A stretch of DNA of 43,621 nt from an uncultured bacterium (GTDB taxonomy: Bacteria; Cyanobacteriota; Cyanobacteriia; Thermostichales; PCC-7336): assembly GCA_964484905.1 (NCBI GenBank), contig CAZAGN010000006.1:1-43621 (forward strand). The letters are read 5' to 3'. A program made the translations under genes and the position numbers. This document shows, piece by piece, positions 8,201-16,263 of this stretch; position 1 is the stretch's first letter; each line of letters opens with the position of its first letter. Under the pieces are notes generated by a model that was given only the letters and a program-made list of their open reading frames with translations, was not told the DNA's origin and made no database searches.

Positions 8201-10822
8201 ATGCTTAACCACATAAGCGTTTTGCCTGACCAATGGCCCCTTGTCGCCGTGCGTGACAAAGCCCCGTACATGGCCGGGTGGCAGCGTACCCCACTGAGTA
8301 AGTTTGAAGTTCTAAAGCAAGCCAAAAATGGCGCTGCTAACGGCGCTGGCATTCTGCTGGGTGGCGATTGGCTAGCGGTCGATATTGACGGCACTAGCGC
8401 TGCTTTGATGGCTGAAGCTTTATCGGGATTACCAATTGGTGAGGCGTTGCCAACAACTGTGCAATTCACCAGCGGCAAACCAGGGCGGTGTCAGCTTCTC
8501 TATCGTGTGCCCACTGAGTACCAGAACCGCATCACTGGCAGGGCATTTTTAACGGGTGCGACTGATGCGAGCGGCAAGCCCGAACAGTTAGATTTTCGCT
8601 ACACAGGCAAGCAATCGGTACTTGTCGGTGCTCATCCTGAAACGGGTTCATATCGCTGGTTACACAGCCCAGATACAACACCCGTGGCAGATTGCCCAGA
8701 GTGGATTTTGGATCTACTCAGTAAGCCGCACGCCATCGCTAACAGCGGCAACAGTGCCAGTGATCAGAGCGTGTCGTTAGAGGTGCTTAGCGAGGCGCTA
8801 GACGCCATTGATCCTGATTGCGACTACAACACATGGTTAGGCATTGGCATGTCTCTGTACGCCCTTCCAGATGAGGCGGGGTTTGATATGTGGGATCAGT
8901 GGTCTAGCCGTGGCAGCAAATATCGGCCAGGGGAGACGGTCGTTAAATGGGATTCATTCGCGGGTAAAGATAGCCGCCCAGAGGCAGTGATCGCGATCGC
9001 GAAAGATCGTTACGGGTGGGCGTTACCGAAACCAACACCAGTGGTTAAGACGGATGACGATGATCAATCGTTCGAGGTCCTTGATCACGGCTACGAGTAT
9101 CACGGCGATCTGCTGTGTGATGAGCTGAGAGCGCCTATCGAGCGGATAGCAGCAGGCTTTAACCAACCGCCGGTCATCGCCACAGCCGCACTACTCACGG
9201 TGGCTGCATCGTGTCTCAAGGTTGGCACCATGCTGGATATCGGCGGCTCTACCAATTGGAAAGTACCGCCGATTCTCTGGACGTGCGTTGTCGGTGAGTC
9301 AGGTAGTACGAAATCGCCCTACCTCGAAAAACTGGTGTCACCCCTGTATCAGTTGCAAACCTCTGATGATGCTGTCTATGAGGCCGCGAAAAAGCAGTAC
9401 AAAGCTGATCTAAAAGCCTATGAGGCAGCTAAAACCCGTAGCGGTTCGACAGACGATCTGCCAGATGAACCCACCAAACCGACTGCCACAGAGCGCTATG
9501 TGAGCGACTACACCCTGGAGGCACTGTCTCGGATCGTTGCAGAGCAACCGGAAAACGGGCTGCTGGTCTGGAACGATGAGCTAAAGCTGTTTTTTGCCTC
9601 AATGGATGCCTACAAAAAGCAGGGAGGTGGCGACCGCGCTCAGTGGCTAGGTTTACGCAACGGATCCGGTCTCAAACGGAACCGCAAGGGCGATGATCGT
9701 GTTTCTGTAGCTAGAACCGCTGTGAGCGTTCTAGGCGGCATTCAGCCCGAAGTGCTGGCGAAACTCATCAATGGCGATCGCGACGGGGCTGATGGACTTT
9801 ACCCGCGTTTCCTATGGCTGCGCATGGATGAATCTCGCCGAATGCCGCCGCTAAACGGTACACGCTGGGATGCCACAGAGCGATTCAGGTCGGTTTATGA
9901 GCGACTTAGCCGTCTAGAGCCTAGGGAATACCGCCTAAGCCCGCAGGCGTTTCGCACATTCAATGAATGGCATATGGAATGTGAGAGTGGCCGCATAGAG
10001 GCATCTAACGGGCTCATCAAGGCAACCATCTCTAAATACAAAGGGATGGCTGCCAGTGTTGCACTGATTCTGCATTGTCTGAACAGCGTCGCCAGTGGTG
10101 AGTCTGTGAGTGGAACCATCCCCGAAAGCACCATGATTCGGGCGATAGATTTCACGCGCTGGGCAGTCAATCAAGCTAAATCTCTATTTGCTGTGAATGC
10201 CATCACCACAGATAAGGAAACGGCTAGTATTCATAGACTCGTAAAGGAGTTTTCTGGCAAGGGCTGGATAAAGTCTAGAACGATACGGGATTTTCGGACT
10301 GAAAAGGGTAATAAAAAAATGTCTGCCCAAGAAACTAGAGACTTCATGCACTCTCTAGTTACAAGCGGCGTTGCCATAGATAACGACAAGTCGCCCAACG
10401 ATCCAAAGTACGAAATTCAGATTTTATCTAAAACTCAGTCCATTCAGTCCATAAATCCTGAACCGCAGTCACAGCAAGCGGTTGAGGATGGACTGAACCT
10501 CAGTCCATCCTCAGTCCACACTCAGTCCATAAGTGCTGAAGACCGACCCTTGGAAGAAAAGTGGACTGAACACGGACTGAGCATGGACTTAAACTCAGTC
10601 CACTCTGAAACGCAGTCACAGCAAGCGGTTGAAGAAAAGTGGACTGAATGGACTGAAAATCCGGAAGAATCTGATCGCTCCACTCCAGTGAATGAACCTC
10701 AACCAGACAACAGCGATTGTCATCCGAGTGTTGTTGCTACCGAGGTGATGCTAGATAAAGATGCTGCCGAACTTGCCGCTATGGCGATGTTTCTAGGAGA
10801 TTTGGCCGATGAGTTTAACTAA
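8201..10822 (+). CDS. Replication protein: bifunctional Prim-Pol (AEP) domain, PriCT-2 domain and DUF3987-type P-loop helicase, with an acidic repeat-containing C-terminal tail
   Basis: Prim-Pol: LPDQWPLVAVRDKAPYMAGWQ, LAVDIDG, DFRYTGKQSVLVGAHPETGSYRW. PriCT-2: YNTWLGIGMSLYALPDEAGFDMWDQWSSRGSKYRPGETVVKWDSF. Walker A: VVGESGSTKSP. The likely start is the ATG at 8201, preceded by GGAGGG. The track ORF begins at 8102. Confidence 0.85.
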   Translation: MLNHISVLPDQWPLVAVRDKAPYMAGWQRTPLSKFEVLKQAKNGAANGAGILLGGDWLAVDIDGTSAALMAEALSGLPIGEALPTTVQFTSGKPGRCQLLYRVPTEYQNRITGRAFLTGATDASGKPEQLDFRYTGKQSVLVGAHPETGSYRWLHSPDTTPVADCPEWILDLLSKPHAIANSGNSASDQSVSLEVLSEALDAIDPDCDYNTWLGIGMSLYALPDEAGFDMWDQWSSRGSKYRPGETVVKWDSFAGKDSRPEAVIAIAKDRYGWALPKPTPVVKTDDDDQSFEVLDHGYEYHGDLLCDELRAPIERIAAGFNQPPVIATAALLTVAASCLKVGTMLDIGGSTNWKVPPILWTCVVGESGSTKSPYLEKLVSPLYQLQTSDDAVYEAAKKQYKADLKAYEAAKTRSGSTDDLPDEPTKPTATERYVSDYTLEALSRIVAEQPENGLLVWNDELKLFFASMDAYKKQGGGDRAQWLGLRNGSGLKRNRKGDDRVSVARTAVSVLGGIQPEVLAKLINGDRDGADGLYPRFLWLRMDESRRMPPLNGTRWDATERFRSVYERLSRLEPREYRLSPQAFRTFNEWHMECESGRIEASNGLIKATISKYKGMAASVALILHCLNSVASGESVSGTIPESTMIRAIDFTRWAVNQAKSLFAVNAITTDKETASIHRLVKEFSGKGWIKSRTIRDFRTEKGNKKMSAQETRDFMHSLVTSGVAIDNDKSPNDPKYEIQILSKTQSIQSINPEPQSQQAVEDGLNLSPSSVHTQSISAEDRPLEEKWTEHGLSMDLNSVHSETQSQQAVEEKWTEWTENPEESDRSTPVNEPQPDNSDCHPSVVATEVMLDKDAAELAAMAMFLGDLADEFN
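10433..10657. repeat. Iteron-like array: 6 direct TCAGTCCA, 4 exact inverted TGGACTGA plus 2 degenerate copies, and a 22-nt direct repeat. All lie inside the 3' end of the primase-helicase ORF.
   Basis: TCAGTCCA at 10435, 10444, 10500, 10511, 10522, 10595. TGGACTGA at 10489, 10562, 10640, 10649. Degenerate copies: CGGACTGA at 10573 and TGGACTT at 10584. CGCAGTCACAGCAAGCGGTTGA at 10464-10485 and 10611-10632. Confidence 0.6.
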
Positions 10823-12740
10823 CTTGCGCTTCCTTGGTTGGGATTTTGAGACGATGCAGAAGGTCGCTAAAGTACACCGGATACCTATTGATTCATCGAT
10901 CAGAAATGATGAACATAAAGCAGCCCTAAAACGGTTACTAAGCTATCCACCTACGCCCCGTCATGGGATTACCCATAACGGTGATCGCTTAGAGGTGGAT
11001 TTAGACCGGCTAGATCTTGGCTATGTACCCATGGTGAAGCCGCCTATCTGGTCAGGTCAGATACCTGTGAAACCATGGGCTGAGGCTGAGAAAACTATCT
11101 GCTATATCGATATTGAAACCACAGGGCTAGAACCCAGCACCGACCGCGTGATCGCCGTCGGCATTCTCAGGAATGGGGAGTACAGGATTATTGCGGATGA
11201 CGATGAGCCTGCATTGCTGAGTGAGGCGATATCAGAGGTGTCTAAAGGGATTATCTGTGGTCACAACGTCTTTAAATTTGATCTGCCCTTTCTAATGACA
11301 CGGTGCAGCCTTCACCGAATCAAGCACTCATTCCGTAAGGCCAATAAAACCAAACTAATCACATCCAGCTCAATAAATGGGAAACCAATTGAGTACACAC
11401 CGATTTATGCCCGTGGCGTGGATGTTGTAGACACGCTGCACCAAGTCTCAATCTATGACAAGGCAGCGGCTAAGCTCTCTGGCTATGGCCTTAAAAACAG
11501 CGTGATCGAGCTGGGGTTGCGTGAGGATCGGCGGCTAGAGCTGTCGCCATCTGAGATCCGCGAGAGCTGGGAAAGTGGCAACACTGAACCCTTACACGAG
11601 TATCTACGGTACGACCTAGACGACACCCGCCTACTGGCTAACTACCTACTGCCAGTGGTGTGGCAACAACAGGCTTATGTACCAAATCTCAATTTCCAGA
11701 CCCTAGCGGTGGCCTCACCAGCGCTCAAGGCACAAATGATACACCAGTCTCTATCACTGCCTTATGCGGTCGCTGATGTGTCAATGAAATACACGGGCGG
11801 GGGCATCGCCTGTCATACACCTGGATTACACCGGAACCTAGCCAAGATTGATGTTTCAAGCCTTTACCCGTCGCTGATGCTGCGCTATGGCCTATGCAGC
11901 CGTAAAGACCCCGAAAACAAGTTTCTAGGGGTGTTGGCCTACATGGTTCAGGAACGCTTGCGGCTAAAGGCACTGGCTAAAGCTGGTGACACGGTAGCGG
12001 ATCAGCAGCAGGGAGCGCTGAAGATTCTGATCAATGGTTCCTATGGCTTCTTTGGCACGGGTTGCTATGCCTACAACGATTACGAATGCGCTGCCCTAGT
12101 GACCGCCTATGGGCGTAAGGTTCTCTCGGTAATGGAGCGGGTGATCGTGGATCAAGGTGGCGTGCTGGTCGAATCTGATACCGATGGGGTGATGTTTACG
12201 GCTGATGACGCTGAGGCCGTTACCAATGCAGTACAGGCCGCTCTACCGGATGGGATCAGCGTTGATCTTGAGTTCTCTGGGTGGTGTGGCTACGTTCCCA
12301 AGGCAAAAAACTATGTGCTTTTCTCGCGGGACAAAAAGCCCCATGTGAAGGGTTTGTACCGCAAGCGCAACCGCTGCCAGCTAGAACGCGAGTTTGCGAT
12401 TGGTTTCCTGCGACGGTGGTTTTTTGACTGCCAGAGGGGTGCAATGTCCTACTACACCCAAACAGTGAGCCGATTAGAGTCAGGTGATTACCCCTTGGCT
12501 GAGCTATCCATCACGCGGAAAATCGCAGCTAACGAAAAGAATCTATCGCATCTGGGAAACCCTGGCGATAAAGTGACCTACTGGGTTGGTTGTGATCGAG
12601 CTGGACGCAAACCCAAAGCCATTAAAACTAACGAGCATCCCTATTGGACTGATCACTATGTGGGCATCCTTGATGGCGTCTTAGGATCAATGGGAATTAC
12701 CCATGATCGCGAGCAACTCACCCTATTCGAGTGCGCTTGA
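10809..12740 (+). CDS. polB: Family B DNA polymerase (compact, 643 aa) with an intact 3'-5' exonuclease domain
   Basis: ExoI ICYIDIETTG. ExoII GHNVFKFDLPFL. ExoIII YLRYDLDDT. Motif A KIDVSSLYPSLM. Motif B KILINGSYGFFG. Motif C LVESDTDGV. KxY-like AKNYV, followed by VKGLYRKRN. An AGGAG lies 9 nt upstream. The start overlaps the primase-helicase stop by 14 nt. Confidence 0.9.
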   Translation: MSLTNLRFLGWDFETMQKVAKVHRIPIDSSIRNDEHKAALKRLLSYPPTPRHGITHNGDRLEVDLDRLDLGYVPMVKPPIWSGQIPVKPWAEAEKTICYIDIETTGLEPSTDRVIAVGILRNGEYRIIADDDEPALLSEAISEVSKGIICGHNVFKFDLPFLMTRCSLHRIKHSFRKANKTKLITSSSINGKPIEYTPIYARGVDVVDTLHQVSIYDKAAAKLSGYGLKNSVIELGLREDRRLELSPSEIRESWESGNTEPLHEYLRYDLDDTRLLANYLLPVVWQQQAYVPNLNFQTLAVASPALKAQMIHQSLSLPYAVADVSMKYTGGGIACHTPGLHRNLAKIDVSSLYPSLMLRYGLCSRKDPENKFLGVLAYMVQERLRLKALAKAGDTVADQQQGALKILINGSYGFFGTGCYAYNDYECAALVTAYGRKVLSVMERVIVDQGGVLVESDTDGVMFTADDAEAVTNAVQAALPDGISVDLEFSGWCGYVPKAKNYVLFSRDKKPHVKGLYRKRNRCQLEREFAIGFLRRWFFDCQRGAMSYYTQTVSRLESGDYPLAELSITRKIAANEKNLSHLGNPGDKVTYWVGCDRAGRKPKAIKTNEHPYWTDHYVGILDGVLGSMGITHDREQLTLFECA

Positions 12741-12852
12741 CATACTCCCACGGCTAAAGCGCGTGGGCTTTACGGCACGATCTGGTAAACATGATCAATA
12801 AACTCGCGTGAGTCCCCCAGCTTTTTAGGTGGGGGAGGTAGAGCGTCTGAGT

Positions 12853-12876
12853 GAGGGGGTTCAACGCCCCCTTTCT
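12853..12876 (+). terminator. Intrinsic-terminator-like hairpin downstream of polB
   Basis: GAGGGGG-TTCAACG-CCCCCTT followed by TCTCT. Two further GC hairpins precede it (CCCACG...CGTGGG near 12748, CCCCCA...TGGGGG near 12813). Confidence 0.4.
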
Positions 12877-13399
12877 CTAAAGACTGAGCTCGACCAGATT
12901 CTGATCTAACCATCTACTCAGTGGGAGCAACTTACCCCTGCCTAGAGACAGGTAGAAGGTAGACGAAGCTCGTGAATCCTATTACGCAGCGCCCGGCCTG
13001 GCATCTGTGACGACTCATCAGGCCCAGAGTGTATTGGGATTCGTTGTTGTATATTCCTGTCCCATATTGAATGATACGACCTAAGTCTTCTGAGGTAAGA
13101 TAATGAAGCAATATCAAGGTTCGTAATTAGCAAAGCTATGTAGACTGAATATACAGATCAAAAGCTGAGCAAAATCTACGGCAATTACTTACACTAGGGT
13201 GAGTTCCATATACTACTCACTCTAAAGGTGTCTTTATTGATTTAAGCTGTCAATCGCATTTGTTTGCTCGTAACAAGATTAAATACAGCCACCATTGGAG
13301 TAGTTCTAGTCAGTGGACTTCTGTACCGCTTCTGAGGCTTTCTCAAGTCAGGTTCTGGAGGAGTTCATGGTTACTCAATTAAAGTAAGGAGAGTTAGTC

Positions 13400-14110
13400 A
13401 TGCGTGTTTTCGCTATCATTTCTGCTTGTATGCTGGCAGTTACGCCTGTGTCAGTACTTGCTCAAAGCTCAGTCATTGCTCAGCTTTATAGGCAGCTAAA
13501 CACAGCACTGAGTGAAGGTGATTATGCCACTGTGCAGTCTGTAGCTCGAAATTTGGCCACCCTAGATACGCCTCGACAGCGCGAGCTTGAGAGTTTAGCG
13601 ACGGCAATTGATACAGGTGATTCTCTTGCACCTTATTTAGGTGCGTTAATCGAGAGCCTTCAAGATACACCTTGGCCTGAGCCACCCTCTGCTTCCGTAC
13701 CTGCTCAACCCGCGGCTCAAACCCAAGAAAGCTCTGACTCACCTGCAACAGCCACACTTCCTAACACTCGCATCGTTCGGGTTCCTTTTGGACGTACAGG
13801 CACTCCCTTTACTCAGGGTGATCTCAGCGTCCGTATTGAAGGCGAGACACAAGTTGGGCGGCTAGCGGAATTGGGTGTCAGAGCAATGCTGGTTCACCCT
13901 GAAGGCTGCTCTGACTGGGCATCGATCACCTTTAGAGCCTACGACCGCTTTCAGATGGTACATACCTGGCGAGAGCAGACTGTAGGCTTTGTGGGCCGTG
14001 AATGGCGTGTCAACTCACGCATTCCAGGTAATTTTGGCTCACCAGAAATGTCAAACTATCAGTTTTTTAGACCTGACTTCATTGATGTATCTGAAGCTGA
14101 ATGCCGTTAA
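13400..14110 (+). CDS. Secreted hypothetical protein (236 aa), element cargo
   Basis: Strong SD (AAGGAG). Signal peptide MRVFAIISACMLAVTPVSVLAQS. Pro/Ala/Gln linker. The C-terminal domain matches no family I recognise. Confidence 0.6.
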   Translation: MRVFAIISACMLAVTPVSVLAQSSVIAQLYRQLNTALSEGDYATVQSVARNLATLDTPRQRELESLATAIDTGDSLAPYLGALIESLQDTPWPEPPSASVPAQPAAQTQESSDSPATATLPNTRIVRVPFGRTGTPFTQGDLSVRIEGETQVGRLAELGVRAMLVHPEGCSDWASITFRAYDRFQMVHTWREQTVGFVGREWRVNSRIPGNFGSPEMSNYQFFRPDFIDVSEAECR

Positions 14111-14276
14111 CTACTCTCTGTATTGCTGTTCGCGATCGCGAGTGGGGGCAATGTCCTAGTTCTGGTGCATCACGGCAAATTGCTCGATCAGGCCATAACC
14201 AAGCTACGGGCCGTGTGTGGCGTGGCCGTGGGTGCCATCAAAGCCGATTACGCCCCCAACCTATCCCGACCCATTC

Positions 14277-14831
14277 TTAATCCTTACTAACCGACCATTG
14301 GATAGCGCCTTTCCACCGGCTCCGCGATCGCGAGAACTTGAACCCCAGCGCCTCAAATTCTCCACCGTGGCCGGTAATCGTTGAAGGTTGTACGTCCAAC
14401 AGTTGAGCCAGTGTTGCTGTGGGCAGTAGCCACCGACAGGTAGCAGCTCGCTCCAGGTGCTCGAATGACTCAAGTGATATGGTTGTGTCCGGAATATCCG
14501 AGCTATCCGGAACAGGTGCTAGAGCGGTGCTACCGGCCCGAACAATACCTAGCTGTGTGTCCTTTAGGTAATCGGCAGCAGCGCGGCGGCTGTCAGCTCT
14601 GAGGTAGGTGTGCAGCTCTAACATTTGCCTCATCTGGTCAAGACTTAAGTAGGTTTGCCTACCCACTCTCACAGGGGCAATATCCAGCTCTTTGAGACGG
14701 GCGTAGAAACTGGTACGGCCTAGTTTCAGAAATTCCATTAGCCCAGATACCGACACATGATCGGTACCATCAATGCTGATACGCTCCAGGTCATTCAGAT
14801 CCTCGGGGCGGGGGCTGGTTATCTCATCCAT
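14277..14831 (-). CDS. Helix-turn-helix DNA-binding protein (two HTH-like segments). Regulator, excisionase or partition-like role unknown.
   Basis: VSVSGLMEFLKLGRTSFYARLKELDIAP and LPTATLAQLLDVQPSTITGH both look like HTH segments. The likely start is MDEITS at 14831. The track ORF extends to 14876. Confidence 0.5.
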   Translation of the reverse strand: MDEITSPRPEDLNDLERISIDGTDHVSVSGLMEFLKLGRTSFYARLKELDIAPVRVGRQTYLSLDQMRQMLELHTYLRADSRRAAADYLKDTQLGIVRAGSTALAPVPDSSDIPDTTISLESFEHLERAATCRWLLPTATLAQLLDVQPSTITGHGGEFEALGFKFSRSRSRWKGAIQWSVSKD

Positions 14832-14916
14832 TGTTCGGTACGTCCGTGCTATCCCGAACAGTACCCCAGCTCGCACTCATTGGCATCTGTACCGAATAGC
14901 TGAGATGTCCCGAACA
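14486..14916. promoter_or_regulatory. Six copies of an 11-nt motif TRTMCSGAAYA around and within the HTH gene
   Basis: TGTCCGGAATA 14486. TATCCGGAACA 14504. Inverted GTACCGAACAA (complement of 14831-14841). TATCCCGAACA 14850. TGTACCGAATA 14888. TGTCCCGAACA 14906. Confidence 0.45.
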
Positions 14917-15185
14917 CCTGTAGACTGTTCCGCCTAGCTTTGAGAGCCGCACAATGGCTGGTAGTGTCTCGCGATCGTCTACTACTCAGGAAAAGGGTGT
15001 TTACACTTTGGTTTACATCTCGACAGTGCCTCAGCGAGCCAAATGCGGTAGTGGCTGGGTTTCGAGAGATTGTGCGGGGATACCTGGAGCTGTTGACAGG
15101 TGATGAATCTGAGACGATCGTTATCCGTGAATGGGTATCAGGTGAGGTTAATCGATGTCTAAATCAAAAAAACCAGAATAGGTAT

Positions 15186-16112
15186 TTATTCAAAAACAAA
15201 TCCCACTTCATTTGTTGGCATTCCCCATGAGAGTCTGTAGGTTTCAAGTTTCAGTACCTGAGCCTCCCAAGCACTGATACAGCTACTATACTCGCACGGG
15301 AATCTTCCAGGAATTTGTAATGTTATTCTGGCAATTTGATAGTATAAGAGATCATCGTCAACACGCATATTAAGTTTTTCGCGCATCTCTTTAATCATTT
15401 CTTCAGATGTTGTAACCGTAACGTAGTCATCATCAGAGAAATGAGTTCCGGTAGAAATTCTTGTATTCAGTCTCCCTTCATACGAGTTGTATTCATACAG
15501 CCGAAGTATCATTTCGCCATCTCTTCTGATAATTTCGTTATCTATGGCGACCATATCTAGAATAATAGTCTGCCCCTCGTAGTCTTCGGGGAATAAAACC
15601 AGGTCAGAAATACTTACTAGTGGGTATTCGAGTACGTCTTCAGGGACTGCGGCTACGGCAATAGTCGGGGTTGGAGTTGATGCTGTTGGCGTTGCTTGCA
15701 CTGTCATAGGTGGAGGTGTGCCAGGTGGCATGGGGGCACCGCGTCTAGATGGTTGTGATGGGGTGGTAGCCACCTCCCCAACGCGATAGACCTCACCAAT
15801 CTCGCCACCCACAAACTGAGCAAAATTTTCAGCCCGTTCAAGGCTACTAAAGCTGGCTAGTTGAACCCCCTCTATACCTTTGCCTAAGTCGATCGCGAAA
15901 GCGTCCTGGCAGAAACGACTCGCTACCTGCTCAAGGTTCAGGTGTCGCACGATTACCGGATACCAAGTGGTAGCATTCGGATCGCTGCCATCACCACAAC
16001 TTTCCATCGGGAAGCCCTGGCCGGTAGCTGGTTGCACTAGAACTGTTAGACCCGCAAGTAAGCCCACACCCACCTTGATACTTCGCTTTGTAACCTTAGA
16101 TAGTGGGCGCAT
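15186..16112 (-). CDS. Secreted hypothetical protein (308 aa): signal peptide, SPOR-like N-terminal domain (tentative), Pro-rich linker, unknown C-terminal domain. Element cargo.
   Basis: Signal-like VGVGLLAGLTVLVQPATGQG. WYPVIVRHL...VQLASFSSLERAENFAQFVGGEIGEVYRV resembles a SPOR fold pattern. Linker PSQPSRRGAPMPPGTPPPMTVQATPTASTPTPT. The 3' half is markedly AT-rich. Confidence 0.6.
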   Translation of the reverse strand: MRPLSKVTKRSIKVGVGLLAGLTVLVQPATGQGFPMESCGDGSDPNATTWYPVIVRHLNLEQVASRFCQDAFAIDLGKGIEGVQLASFSSLERAENFAQFVGGEIGEVYRVGEVATTPSQPSRRGAPMPPGTPPPMTVQATPTASTPTPTIAVAAVPEDVLEYPLVSISDLVLFPEDYEGQTIILDMVAIDNEIIRRDGEMILRLYEYNSYEGRLNTRISTGTHFSDDDYVTVTTSEEMIKEMREKLNMRVDDDLLYYQIARITLQIPGRFPCEYSSCISAWEAQVLKLETYRLSWGMPTNEVGFVFE

Positions 16113-16263
16113 GAGTTGTCTTCCGCATTTTGTTGTCTGCTAGTAACAGGCTACCTAGACAGAATGTTGCAGAAGCAGAGTGTGTCGTTTTCTTGTTTTA
16201 ACGAGCACTACCGTTACCAATGCTGGGCTAAAAACGACAGCAGAGACTGGGAAAGGTAAAGCG

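Noticed and set aside
10433-10657. CRISPR array
   Set aside because: The repeats are only 8 nt (plus one 22-nt pair), irregularly spaced, in both orientations, and inside an ORF. This is not a repeat-spacer architecture, and no cas genes are in the window.
12853-12880. tRNA 3' fragment or att site: GGGGG-TTCAACG-CCCCC looks like a T-arm with a TTCAANN loop
   Set aside because: No complementary acceptor 5' strand (AGAGAAA), D-arm or anticodon arm lies in the ~70 nt upstream. The hairpin followed by TTTCTCT is better explained as the polB terminator. No matching copy was found at either element end.
12932-13133. Two overlapping ~60-aa minus-strand ORFs in the AT-rich spacer after polB
   Set aside because: They are mutually exclusive frames with no SD or motif. 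The region is more likely the promoter or leader of the 13400 gene.
14110-14290. Unlisted plus-strand open frame reading ...SGGNVLVLVHHGKLLDQAITKLRAVCGVAVGAIKADYAPNLSRPILNPY, faintly helicase-fragment-like
   Set aside because: There is no ATG start, it is about 59 codons long, and the resemblance to helicase motifs is impressionistic. It overlaps the 3' end of the convergent HTH gene. At most it is a gene remnant, and I cannot support that from the sequence alone.
14940-15230. 96-aa plus-strand ORF (TTG start) divergent from the HTH gene
   Set aside because: No SD, an unusual start codon, overlap with the 3' end of the 308-aa secreted protein gene, and no recognisable motif. It cannot be supported, although a small regulator here is not excluded.
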